Translations under genes and position numbers: made by a program | The notes under the pieces: generated by a model | What the model saw: the letters and a program-made list of their open reading frames with translations, nothing else | The model's database searches: none | Told to the model about the DNA's origin: nothing | IMG/VR virus record: IMGVR_UViG_3300009132_000003 | DNA: 20,000 bases | Strand: one strand, 5' to 3' | Origin: an uncultured virus (IMG/VR IMGVR_UViG_3300009132_000003) | Taxonomy: Duplodnaviria > Heunggongvirae > Uroviricota > Caudoviricetes | In this document: positions 9,678-16,910 of the stretch, in pieces | How the letters are laid out: every line of letters begins with the position of its first letter | How positions within the stretch are numbered: position 1 is the stretch's first letter

Positions 9678-10949
9678 TTATTCACTATCTTTTTTTGCAT
9701 CAAGATATGCAGCGATTGCCATATCTCTGCGTTCTTTTGCATTTTTGCCTTTAAACTGTGGTGCATCAGATTGTTTAAAATCATCTATCCATGCACCCAT
9801 ACCATCTGCTACTTCAAGCTTTTCGTTTTGTGATTTCTTTTTAAATGTATTAAGACCTTTACTTCCGCCCGAACCAATGCGATCAGCTTTATTACTTTGT
9901 GTTGTTGCAATTCGTTTCATTGCACCTTCGCCCGATAATCTTTTCTTTTCTTTTTCATAATCAGATTTACTAAGTTTCATAAATCCGGTATCTATGGCTT
10001 TTTTATTAGCATCTGCTCTTTTCTGCAAAGGATTGGTGGCTTCATCGATACTTTCTGATCTCGTACGAATGTCAGCCAATGACTTTTGAGTTGACGATAA
10101 TTTTTTCTTTTTATCGTTCTTTGCCATGTGTTTTGCATACTTGTCGGGATCTACCTTTGGTGCTTCTTGGACTTCTTCTTTTCTAAGATTATCAAAGGTT
10201 CTTCTTACTGCCACCATATCAGCACCAGTCATACCTTTTTTTCTCTTAGCCATAGTTTTAAGCTCAGGACGATGATCTGCTCTATTGCCATCTTTATCTT
10301 TACCACGAAGAATTTTAGCTGCTGCTGAGCTTGCCGCTTTGCTATAGCTTGCTTTTGCCTTATTCTTATATGACTGCATTGCCTTAGGTGTGTCAAGGAT
10401 TTCATCAACCTGCTCAACTTCTTCGTTAACTGATTCATTTGGATTCTCATCGCCAGGTTCTTCTCCAGTATCTTTTGCAAGCATATAATCTCTTACTGAA
10501 TCAAGATAATCCATTGCCTTAGTAATTTTATTTTGACACCACTCAGGCATATTCTCATCGTCTTCTAGCATATCGTGCAGTTCTTCAGCAGCGTCTGAGA
10601 TAGTGACAAGCTGGGTTTTAGCCATATCACCCTCATAGTCATACTCTCCAGCATCGACATCTTCAAACATATGAAGATCATAAAGAAGTTCGGTATCTTC
10701 TTTCATAAGGCCTTTTATTTTAGCTGCATTATAATTATGTTTAATCATAAGATTGTTTATAGCGGCCATAGAAAGGAAAGGTATATCTTTAGCAGCTAGT
10801 TGCTCTAACTCATCTTTACCAAATTTTGCGACCATAGCAGAAAGCTTAATAGCATCCGTAGGTTGGATTCTCTTACCTTTCATACCAGACCAATGTTTAG
10901 CTAATCTATCTAATTGATTCGCTGCTAGTTTTTCTTCTATAGATTTCAT
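9678..10949 (-). CDS. Modular putative internal head polyprotein
   Basis: 423 aa. Modules GEYDYEGDMAKTQL...MPEWCQNKITKAMDYL and GAWIDDFKQSDAPQFKGK...AIAAY, separated by ESVNEEVEQVDE/EEVQE/ESIDE linkers. ATGA overlap with the upstream gene. Confidence 0.75.
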   Translation of the reverse strand: MKSIEEKLAANQLDRLAKHWSGMKGKRIQPTDAIKLSAMVAKFGKDELEQLAAKDIPFLSMAAINNLMIKHNYNAAKIKGLMKEDTELLYDLHMFEDVDAGEYDYEGDMAKTQLVTISDAAEELHDMLEDDENMPEWCQNKITKAMDYLDSVRDYMLAKDTGEEPGDENPNESVNEEVEQVDEILDTPKAMQSYKNKAKASYSKAASSAAAKILRGKDKDGNRADHRPELKTMAKRKKGMTGADMVAVRRTFDNLRKEEVQEAPKVDPDKYAKHMAKNDKKKKLSSTQKSLADIRTRSESIDEATNPLQKRADANKKAIDTGFMKLSKSDYEKEKKRLSGEGAMKRIATTQSNKADRIGSGGSKGLNTFKKKSQNEKLEVADGMGAWIDDFKQSDAPQFKGKNAKERRDMAIAAYLDAKKDSE

Positions 10950-11203
10950 TTTGAACCTCTAACTTTGTCTGCCAGATCTTTATCTGCCTTGCCCCATGTT
11001 CCTGATGATTTAGTTACGAATGAATTAACTCTTGCAAAACCCCATTGTTCTGGTGTAGTGCCAGGTCTATGTCCAGTTTTCCAAGCAGCAACTCCACGAT
11101 TATATACCTGTCTTAATATACCAAGAGGCATACCAGATTTTTCTGCCTTTTTCTTAAGACCTGCTGTTGCGTCTTCGTTTATATAAGCTTTAAATTTAAT
11201 CAT
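10946..11203 (-). CDS. DUF5824-like basic protein
   Basis: 85 aa. VYNRGVAAWKTGHRPGTTPEQWGFARVNSF is the motif I associate with DUF5824. N-terminus MIKFKAYINE. Confidence 0.8.
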   Translation of the reverse strand: MIKFKAYINEDATAGLKKKAEKSGMPLGILRQVYNRGVAAWKTGHRPGTTPEQWGFARVNSFVTKSSGTWGKADKDLADKVRGSK

Positions 11204-12483
11204 TTTGTTGCCCTATTCTTTGCTCTTGCCCTTGCTAATCTAGCGCGATCTAACATTCTATCATGCTTAAGTTTATCAGTTTCTTTTTCTCTATCAATCT
11301 TAGCTTGTGCAATTTTAATTGCATCTTCACCATACATCTGTTTAAACTTTAAGGTATGTTTACTCGGTTTTGTTTTTGCTGTAGCATCACCTGGAGCTGG
11401 TTTATAAGCACTTCTATCATCATCAGCCTTTTTACCATGTTTAGCAAAATGTCTTGCTCTTGCAAGTTTAGTAGATTTTGTTTTGATTCCAGCATAATAA
11501 CCTTTTGGTTGTGTTCCTGGTCTATCTTTAATATCTGGATCTTGTGCCTGTGTTGTTTTTTCAGTAGTCTGACCTGGAGTCATCTTTTTCGCTTTCTTAT
11601 TAGAAGCATCAGTTCCCCAGTCTGGTCTATCATCATACATAGAATCTTTGCTCTTAGCCTGATACATTTTAACTGAGTCTAACCATTTTCTCATTGCAGA
11701 GCCGTCTTCTTTTTCGACTATAAGATAATTTGGGCCTTTATATATTACAATGCCTTTTTCTCCAGATTCCTTAACTTCAACCATATCACCTTCATTAAAA
11801 AGTTCACCGTTTATGTACTTTTCTCTTATATCAGAAATAGGTTCTAGTTGAATAGAATTTCTAAATTCCGTTTCTTCTTTTAATCCCATACCTTTTCTAA
11901 TATCATTAAAAAGCTTCTTTGCATCAGTATTAGACATTTTATCAGGTAAGCCTTGAGAAAATGAAGTAAAATTATTATCTGAAGCATAACCTCTTTGCTT
12001 GGTACCAGAAGCACCTTCAGCACCTTTGGCATCAGGGTCTCTTTGTCCTGCTGATACTATTTGAATTCCATCTGGAAAATTATAAAATCCATGTTTTCCT
12101 TTTTTACCGTTATAATTATTCAGTCTTATTTTATATTCATCTAAGCGATCTGAACCAGCAACCATAACAATTTTTCTATAACCACGATCATATAAGTCAG
12201 TTAAAGCATCAAAAGGAGTTTTTACTTTCTTATTAACAAGAACTTGTCTGGCGTGTTTTGGAAACATTTTACGAATATACTTAACCTTGCTAGTATATTC
12301 TAAAGGGTTATCTTTTTTATCATTAGATTGAGATAGATAAAGAAAATAAGGATTGCGAGCAGCTGCAGAAGATAACTTATCCATAAGTTTTCCATGACCA
12401 ATAGTAGGCGGATTCATTCTACCAAAGGCAAAATAAGCAACCTTTTCTTCTTCTACTAAAAACTGGGAAAATGAATTAATCAT
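11200..12483 (-). CDS. HIGH-superfamily nucleotidyltransferase (phage 'cytidyltransferase') with SH3-like and basic C-terminal modules
   Basis: 427 aa. FGRMNPPTIGH (T/HxGH motif), MVAGSDR, SAGQRDPD, GASGTKQR (SxTxxR motif). N-terminus MINSFSQFLVEE. Confidence 0.85.
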   Translation of the reverse strand: MINSFSQFLVEEEKVAYFAFGRMNPPTIGHGKLMDKLSSAAARNPYFLYLSQSNDKKDNPLEYTSKVKYIRKMFPKHARQVLVNKKVKTPFDALTDLYDRGYRKIVMVAGSDRLDEYKIRLNNYNGKKGKHGFYNFPDGIQIVSAGQRDPDAKGAEGASGTKQRGYASDNNFTSFSQGLPDKMSNTDAKKLFNDIRKGMGLKEETEFRNSIQLEPISDIREKYINGELFNEGDMVEVKESGEKGIVIYKGPNYLIVEKEDGSAMRKWLDSVKMYQAKSKDSMYDDRPDWGTDASNKKAKKMTPGQTTEKTTQAQDPDIKDRPGTQPKGYYAGIKTKSTKLARARHFAKHGKKADDDRSAYKPAPGDATAKTKPSKHTLKFKQMYGEDAIKIAQAKIDREKETDKLKHDRMLDRARLARARAKNRATK

Positions 12484-12935
12484 TTAGAAGTTCCGCCTCT
12501 TTTTCTTTGCATTTCTGCTTTACGAATAAGTGGGAACATCTTTTTAGCCAAACGATCAATACGTGTTTTCATTTCAGGCTTATCGAGTCTTTTCTCAATT
12601 TCAGCCTTACGTGCTATAGTTAATTCTCCACGTGGAATATCTTTTGTTAGTTTAAGTAAAATTTTATTGCGTGCAGCTCTTTTTGCTCTCTTTTGCAAAA
12701 CTTCTTTACTCGCTACACGTCTTGCAGCTCTTTTTCTACCAAGAGCAATCTTGGCACGATTTCTTTTAAAATCTCGGGCTTTCTTTAATCTTTGTGCCAT
12801 AGACAGAGCTTCATCTGGAGACTCGTCTACACCACCGTCTAATCCAGTTCTTCTTTTTCTATGTCTTCTATATTTGATTTCATCAGGCTCACCGGGAGCG
12901 TAATCTACAGTAATTAAATCTTTAAATTTTAACAT
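12480..12935 (-). CDS. Highly basic helical protein, putative nucleic-acid-binding internal head protein
   Basis: 151 aa, very Arg/Lys-rich after ...VDESPDE. N-terminus MLKFKD. Overlaps both neighbours (TGATG, ATGA). Confidence 0.75.
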   Translation of the reverse strand: MLKFKDLITVDYAPGEPDEIKYRRHRKRRTGLDGGVDESPDEALSMAQRLKKARDFKRNRAKIALGRKRAARRVASKEVLQKRAKRAARNKILLKLTKDIPRGELTIARKAEIEKRLDKPEMKTRIDRLAKKMFPLIRKAEMQRKRGGTSK

Positions 12936-14164
12936 CAGTTTCTTCCTGGTTTATCCCATCCCTTTAAAATATTTGGCGAAAAGTTGTTGTATGAAAATTC
13001 CATTCTATCAACAATCTTTACCGCATCACCACCAAGTCTATCAATTGCTACATAACCTTCGTGACCTGTCGTTTTAAATCCTTTTGTAGTCTGTACAAAT
13101 GTATCGATCTTTTTAATATTATTAAGTATATTTATAAGTTTTAATTTTACTAAAACAATTAGTTTCTGTAATTCAAAGACCTTTATTAAGTTTTGCTTAT
13201 TATGTGCAGAGAAAAATTTTAAGATTTCCTCTCTCTTTTTAACTTGTGCATCTTTGCCGCGTTCTGACTTGCGTTTGAGGATTTCTTTTTCGTATTTGTC
13301 TTTGATCCACTTGATGAGCCCGTCGGCATGTCTTCGAGTGTCTTTAATAATTTCGCCTTTCCGGACAAAGGAGTTGTTATAGGTTTCAATTGTCTGCGAA
13401 AGTTCGCTGTTGGACTCAATTTCTTTAAGGGTGTTACTAGATATTTGGTTAAAGAGTTTCCCAATTTCCGAAAGACGTTCATTTACTTCCTCCGTATCCT
13501 TTTCTGACATTGTTACTTTAGTCATATCTCTTAACATTGCGTCTTGAGACCAGACAGATTTTGATTTTTTAAACTTTGATATATCTACACCATAGCTTGC
13601 TTTCATTGTTTCAAAAGACGAGCCAGTGTATGTAGTATGCCAGACGATTCCGATTTTGGCCGATCTAATTTCTTTGGCTGCTGCAGTTCCTTCTGGGACC
13701 GCATAAATAATTGTATTAGGGTGAAAAGTGACATACTTTTTTCCATCTATAGTTTGATTGGACAAATCGTTGTTGCTGAATAAAAAGTCTCCTTGAACAA
13801 CACCTTTGATTCCAAGTGAAGGCAGATATTTAAGTGCATCTTTGAGCTTATCAGCAAGATCACCAGAAGTATCAGCATCGACGTCAGCTGTAGATTTATA
13901 GACCTTAGGGTTTTTATTGAATATTCCTTTTTTGGCAACGAAAAATTTATTATCACTCGGATCAATACCAGCGAAAATAGCAGGAGCGCCATCCCATTTA
14001 ACACTTACATTTCCTTTCTTAGATCCACCAAGCATATCTCTTAAATCTCTAAGAGCAAAGATTGCTTCACGCGTACCTTTAACACCACCATAAAGAACTC
14101 TATCTTCGATATGAGTCATGTGTGTATTTTTTTGTTCTTTTATAATTTCTTTAAATTTTAACAT
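12935..14164 (-). CDS. DUF6267-like protein with ATP-dependent ligase/nucleotidyltransferase motifs
   Basis: 409 aa. KNTHMTHIED family start, SVKWDG (motif I KxDG), VVQGDF (III), EGYV (IV), AVKIV (V). N-terminus MLKFKEIIKE. Confidence 0.8.
   Translation of the reverse strand: MLKFKEIIKEQKNTHMTHIEDRVLYGGVKGTREAIFALRDLRDMLGGSKKGNVSVKWDGAPAIFAGIDPSDNKFFVAKKGIFNKNPKVYKSTADVDADTSGDLADKLKDALKYLPSLGIKGVVQGDFLFSNNDLSNQTIDGKKYVTFHPNTIIYAVPEGTAAAKEIRSAKIGIVWHTTYTGSSFETMKASYGVDISKFKKSKSVWSQDAMLRDMTKVTMSEKDTEEVNERLSEIGKLFNQISSNTLKEIESNSELSQTIETYNNSFVRKGEIIKDTRRHADGLIKWIKDKYEKEILKRKSERGKDAQVKKREEILKFFSAHNKQNLIKVFELQKLIVLVKLKLINILNNIKKIDTFVQTTKGFKTTGHEGYVAIDRLGGDAVKIVDRMEFSYNNFSPNILKGWDKPGRN
13219..13482 (-). 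CDS. Candidate nested +1-frame gene encoding an 87-aa basic protein
   Basis: GGAGG at 13489-13493 lies 6 nt before ATG 13482. Host-frame codons over this interval shift towards G/C third positions and avoid NTA-purine contexts. Confidence 0.45.
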   Translation of the reverse strand: MNVFRKLGNSLTKYLVTPLKKLSPTANFRRQLKPITTPLSGKAKLLKTLEDMPTGSSSGSKTNTKKKSSNASQNAAKMHKLKRERKS

Positions 14165-14177
14165 TTGTATATATTAC

Positions 14178-14984
14178 CTATGCCCCATTATTTACAACAA
14201 GCATTGTAAAGTCGCATGAAACTGTTGCGTTTGCTGAACCACGAATACGAACGTCTATATCGGTTTTTTCTGTAAATTTAATAGGAATAGGAAATTCTAA
14301 TACCTGATTACTCTGATTTAAAGACATTGTAGTATTCACTCTAAATGCACCGTCAAATGGTCTTTGAAAAAGAAATAGATCCACTACTTGGTTTTTACTT
14401 CCACTTGCTGAAAGATTCATCAAATATGCGGTTCTATTTCTAGGTACAGTATAAAAAGCCTGAAGTGTTTGTCCAAATCCTATTCCAATTTCTGAAACAA
14501 CAGTAGCTCCTCTTTTAATTTGAATTTTACCAAGATTTGTTTCATCATTCATAAATGCTCGATTTACTCTTGTAAAATTAACAGATCCAGCAGCTGTTGG
14601 TGATGTGCCAGTTAAAGTAAATACTTCTTCAACAAAATCATAATTTGAATCTAATCCTTGAATTGTAACGTCTGTTGTATCTCCCGAATTAGTTGATACA
14701 ACAGTAACAGGACCATCAGTATATGTCCAATCATATAAGATTGTGGCGGTTGTATCTGCTGCTGTCCATAAAGTAGACATATTAGCAGATGCGGTGCCAT
14801 ATGTCCCACCAAATTTATGCACACCTTCATATCCTGTTAAAAGACCGTCTGCGATAGGCACGTTACTTGCAGCACCAAAAGTATTAATAATATTACCAAA
14901 CTGATCGCCTAGCATCATAATTTCATGAAGGTCTGTATTATTAGGACCATAATGTCTATTTCTACTTACACTAAATTGTGCCAT
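14178..14984 (-). CDS. Putative virion structural protein
   Basis: 268 aa, T/G/V-rich beta-type composition, GxxGVHKFG motif seen in marine phage structural proteins. First gene after the late promoter at 15050. Confidence 0.7.
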   Translation of the reverse strand: MAQFSVSRNRHYGPNNTDLHEIMMLGDQFGNIINTFGAASNVPIADGLLTGYEGVHKFGGTYGTASANMSTLWTAADTTATILYDWTYTDGPVTVVSTNSGDTTDVTIQGLDSNYDFVEEVFTLTGTSPTAAGSVNFTRVNRAFMNDETNLGKIQIKRGATVVSEIGIGFGQTLQAFYTVPRNRTAYLMNLSASGSKNQVVDLFLFQRPFDGAFRVNTTMSLNQSNQVLEFPIPIKFTEKTDIDVRIRGSANATVSCDFTMLVVNNGA

Positions 14985-15049
14985 TTGCTAGATTCCTTAG
15001 ATTATTACTCTTAGCTTACAAGACTTGCACCAATTATATTTTACCATAC

Positions 15050-15057
15050 TATTTATA
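15050..15057 (-). promoter_or_regulatory. T4-type late promoter TATAAATA
   Basis: Exact TATTTATA on + strand, immediately after a terminator and upstream of the long late operon. Confidence 0.8.
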
Positions 15058-15058
15058 T

Positions 15059-15087
15059 AAAAAAATGGAGGCGAAATACACCTCCAT
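15059..15087 (-). terminator. Rho-independent terminator ending the early gene cluster
   Basis: Minus strand ATGGAGGTG-TATTT-CGCCTCCAT followed by a T-run. Confidence 0.8.
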
Positions 15088-15119
15088 ACAAGTTATATCA
15101 AACAAAAGGAAAGTTATTT

Positions 15120-15383
15120 TTATCTTCGATAGATATATGCATCCATCTTATCTGCAAAAGTAAGTGGCAAGGATTGATTATATCGTTCAATACCTAGACG
15201 ATGACCACGACCTTGACATTTAACATAAAACTGATATTTTGCATGACCAAGCTTACGCAGATCAGCGTTTATGTTTGAAACTATTTTACGAACTGCAGCC
15301 AATTGCTCCATATCATTTTCATCATTCTTATAAAAGGTTCCAATATACGCATCAGTGCGTGTTGAATCGACTGTAATACCCAT
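15120..15383 (-). CDS. Hypothetical early protein
   Basis: 87 aa. TAATG-coupled to the upstream small ORF and ends just before the terminator. Confidence 0.75.
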   Translation of the reverse strand: MGITVDSTRTDAYIGTFYKNDENDMEQLAAVRKIVSNINADLRKLGHAKYQFYVKCQGRGHRLGIERYNQSLPLTFADKMDAYIYRR

Positions 15384-15526
15384 TAGTCCATCTTTCCTGA
15401 ACGAATCATTGAAAAACCAGAAGCAAACATTGTCTGGTGAACAGCCCGAGACTGTTCTTCTGTTAATCCTTCATACCGTTCCTTCTCGCCGGTATTCCAA
15501 TTCCAAATTCCCTCTACAAACCACAT
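15383..15526 (-). CDS. Small hypothetical early protein (47 aa)
   Basis: Manual translation: MWFVEGIWNWNTGEKERYEGLTEEQSRAVHQTMFASGFSMIRSGKMD*. AAGGAG RBS, TAATG overlaps at both ends. Confidence 0.75.
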   Translation of the reverse strand: MWFVEGIWNWNTGEKERYEGLTEEQSRAVHQTMFASGFSMIRSGKMD

Positions 15527-15603
15527 TATTTAACTCCTTCTATAATAGCTGTAAATAAAATTAAAAGTACAAAGAAAATTGCACAACCAACTGCAGTACC
15601 CAT
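15526..15603 (-). CDS. 25-aa single-transmembrane peptide
   Basis: Manual translation: MGTAVGCAIFFVLLILFTAIIEGVK*. TAATG overlaps at both ends, GAGGAG upstream. Confidence 0.65.
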   Translation of the reverse strand: MGTAVGCAIFFVLLILFTAIIEGVK

Positions 15604-16004
15604 TATGTATACTCCTCAAACTTAACCACTTTAAGCAGATCTTTAACTAACTGCCTACCATAGTCAGTAAACAGGATACCTTGTTCCCAGACAAAATGCT
15701 CTACACATTGCTCATGATAGAACTTTTCACATCCAGTAATCCAACGTAAAGCATCCCAGTAATCGTGAGCACCCCAGGTTTGGGCTTGATGAATGCGCTC
15801 TTTAAATTCATCAACTTTCATTTCTTCAAGCTTTTTTTCGCGAGCGGTATTCTCCTCAAGCTGATCACAAAGAGCATTCCATAGCTCTTGTTTTTGGCGA
15901 GGAGTACGATCATTCCACTCATCCATTAGAATACCACGAGGACGAAATCCATAAACATCTTTATGAAGGTCTGAGAAACAATCATCTGAGTAAGTAAATT
16001 CCAT
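15603..16004 (-). CDS. Conserved phage early hypothetical protein (SDLHKDxYGFRPR family)
   Basis: 133 aa with recognisable SDLHKDVYGFRPRG motif. Has its own early promoter and RBS. Confidence 0.8.
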   Translation of the reverse strand: MEFTYSDDCFSDLHKDVYGFRPRGILMDEWNDRTPRQKQELWNALCDQLEENTAREKKLEEMKVDEFKERIHQAQTWGAHDYWDALRWITGCEKFYHEQCVEHFVWEQGILFTDYGRQLVKDLLKVVKFEEYT

Positions 16005-16036
16005 TTTTATATCCTTCCGATTCTCTTTATACTACT

Positions 16037-16076
16037 AATATAGTATATTTTAGGGGTCTTGTAAACCCCTAAAATG
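16037..16076 (-). promoter_or_regulatory. Early sigma70-type promoter P1 with conserved 18-bp element
   Basis: TTTACA (16060-65), 17 bp spacer, TATATT (16037-42). Carries CATTTTAGGGGTTTACAA shared with P2 and P3. Confidence 0.8.
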
Positions 16077-16082
16077 TATTTT

Positions 16083-16430
16083 TTATGCAACTTCTTTGAA
16101 GCCAAAGTTTGCTACAACGTGGCGGTTACCATCTTCATCTTCAATAAGATCACCAACTGAGACAGAAGCCATCCGATCTAAACGAGTAATCTGAGACTCA
16201 GGGCCAATGTTACCAACTTGGAAAACTTCATCTAAACAAGTAGCTTCGATTTGAGCCACACCAGTATAAAGATTTTCATACAGAGCTTTTTCAACAAGAT
16301 CCACTATTTTCTCGCCGCGGAAATCCATAGTCATATCATCACGAATCTCACGCTTCATGCTTTTAGTACCAGCATTAATTCCAGCGATTTCATCTTCTGT
16401 GTAGCGGATCTGGTAAACTGTGTATTTCAT
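16083..16430 (-). CDS. YodL-like domain protein
   Basis: 115 aa. VYQI...LDEVFQVGN...SVSVGDLI...VVANFGF resembles the YodL-like pattern (YQ...LExIF..N...SLSVSDVV...GF). Confidence 0.6.
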   Translation of the reverse strand: MKYTVYQIRYTEDEIAGINAGTKSMKREIRDDMTMDFRGEKIVDLVEKALYENLYTGVAQIEATCLDEVFQVGNIGPESQITRLDRMASVSVGDLIEDEDGNRHVVANFGFKEVA

Positions 16431-16460
16431 TTTCTTATCTCCGATTCTATTTACTCTTAC

Positions 16461-16500
16461 AACATATACTATTATGCATAGTTTGTAAACCCCTAAAATG
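16461..16500 (-). promoter_or_regulatory. Early sigma70-type promoter P2 with conserved 18-bp element
   Basis: TTTACA (16484-89), 17 bp spacer, TATGTT (16461-66). Confidence 0.75.
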
Positions 16501-16579
16501 CATTTTTATGCACTTTTTTTCTCTGTATCTTTTATGTTACAGTGATTAAAAAGTAAGCAAAATATAAATTATTACATTG

Positions 16580-16586
16580 CTAAATA
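16580..16586 (+). promoter_or_regulatory. Possible late promoter variant (CTAAATA)
   Basis: TAAATA core upstream of a hairpin and the 77-aa gene. TATAAATT at 16563-70 is an alternative. Confidence 0.4.
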
Positions 16587-16652
16587 AAATCATGACCGAG
16601 TATACAAGCATATACCGTCATACTTTTCCAAAAACAATATAGGAGATATTAG

Positions 16653-16886
16653 ATGGAAATCCTTAATAAAGTAAAATCATGGGCTGGAGCGTTAGCTGAA
16701 GCAGGTGTGAGCCTAATCGGACTAGGCATCGTCCTTGAAATCCTTTTCGACGGGATGAATATTCCATTTTGGCCAGACGTCAATGTTACAGCAAACATTC
16801 TTGCGTTGCTAGGTAACTTTAGTGAACAAGGTCTGGTTGGTTTAGTTGCTTTAGCCATTTTATGGCATATTTGGAATAAAAAATAA
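16653..16886 (+). CDS. Small membrane protein (two hydrophobic helices)
   Basis: 77 aa, AGGAG RBS. Hydrophobic segments GVSLIGLGIVLEILF and GLVGLVALAILWHIW. Followed by a terminator. Confidence 0.8.
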   Translation: MEILNKVKSWAGALAEAGVSLIGLGIVLEILFDGMNIPFWPDVNVTANILALLGNFSEQGLVGLVALAILWHIWNKK

Positions 16887-16910
16887 TTAGCCAGTGAAAA
16901 TACGGGAAAG

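Noticed and set aside
12480..12935. Assignment of the basic protein as T4 prohead core gp67/gp68
   Set aside because: Only compositional resemblance, and the portal/protease/major capsid gene context is absent.
13747..14004. Second +1-frame ORF (85 aa) inside the DUF6267-like gene
   Set aside because: No SD or ATG context, and typical shadow composition, unlike 13219..13482.
14997..15047. 16-aa uORF MVKYNWCKSCKLRVII with CxxC
   Set aside because: Its ATG is only 2 nt after the TATAAATA box, so it lies upstream of the expected late start site and downstream of a terminator. No RBS.
15355..15558. 67-aa plus-strand ORF
   Set aside because: The region is better explained by the coupled minus-strand 47-aa and 25-aa ORFs.
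16649..16858. 69-aa minus-strand ORF opposite the 77-aa membrane gene
   Set aside because: In-register antisense shadow. The plus-strand gene has the RBS, terminator and plausible product.
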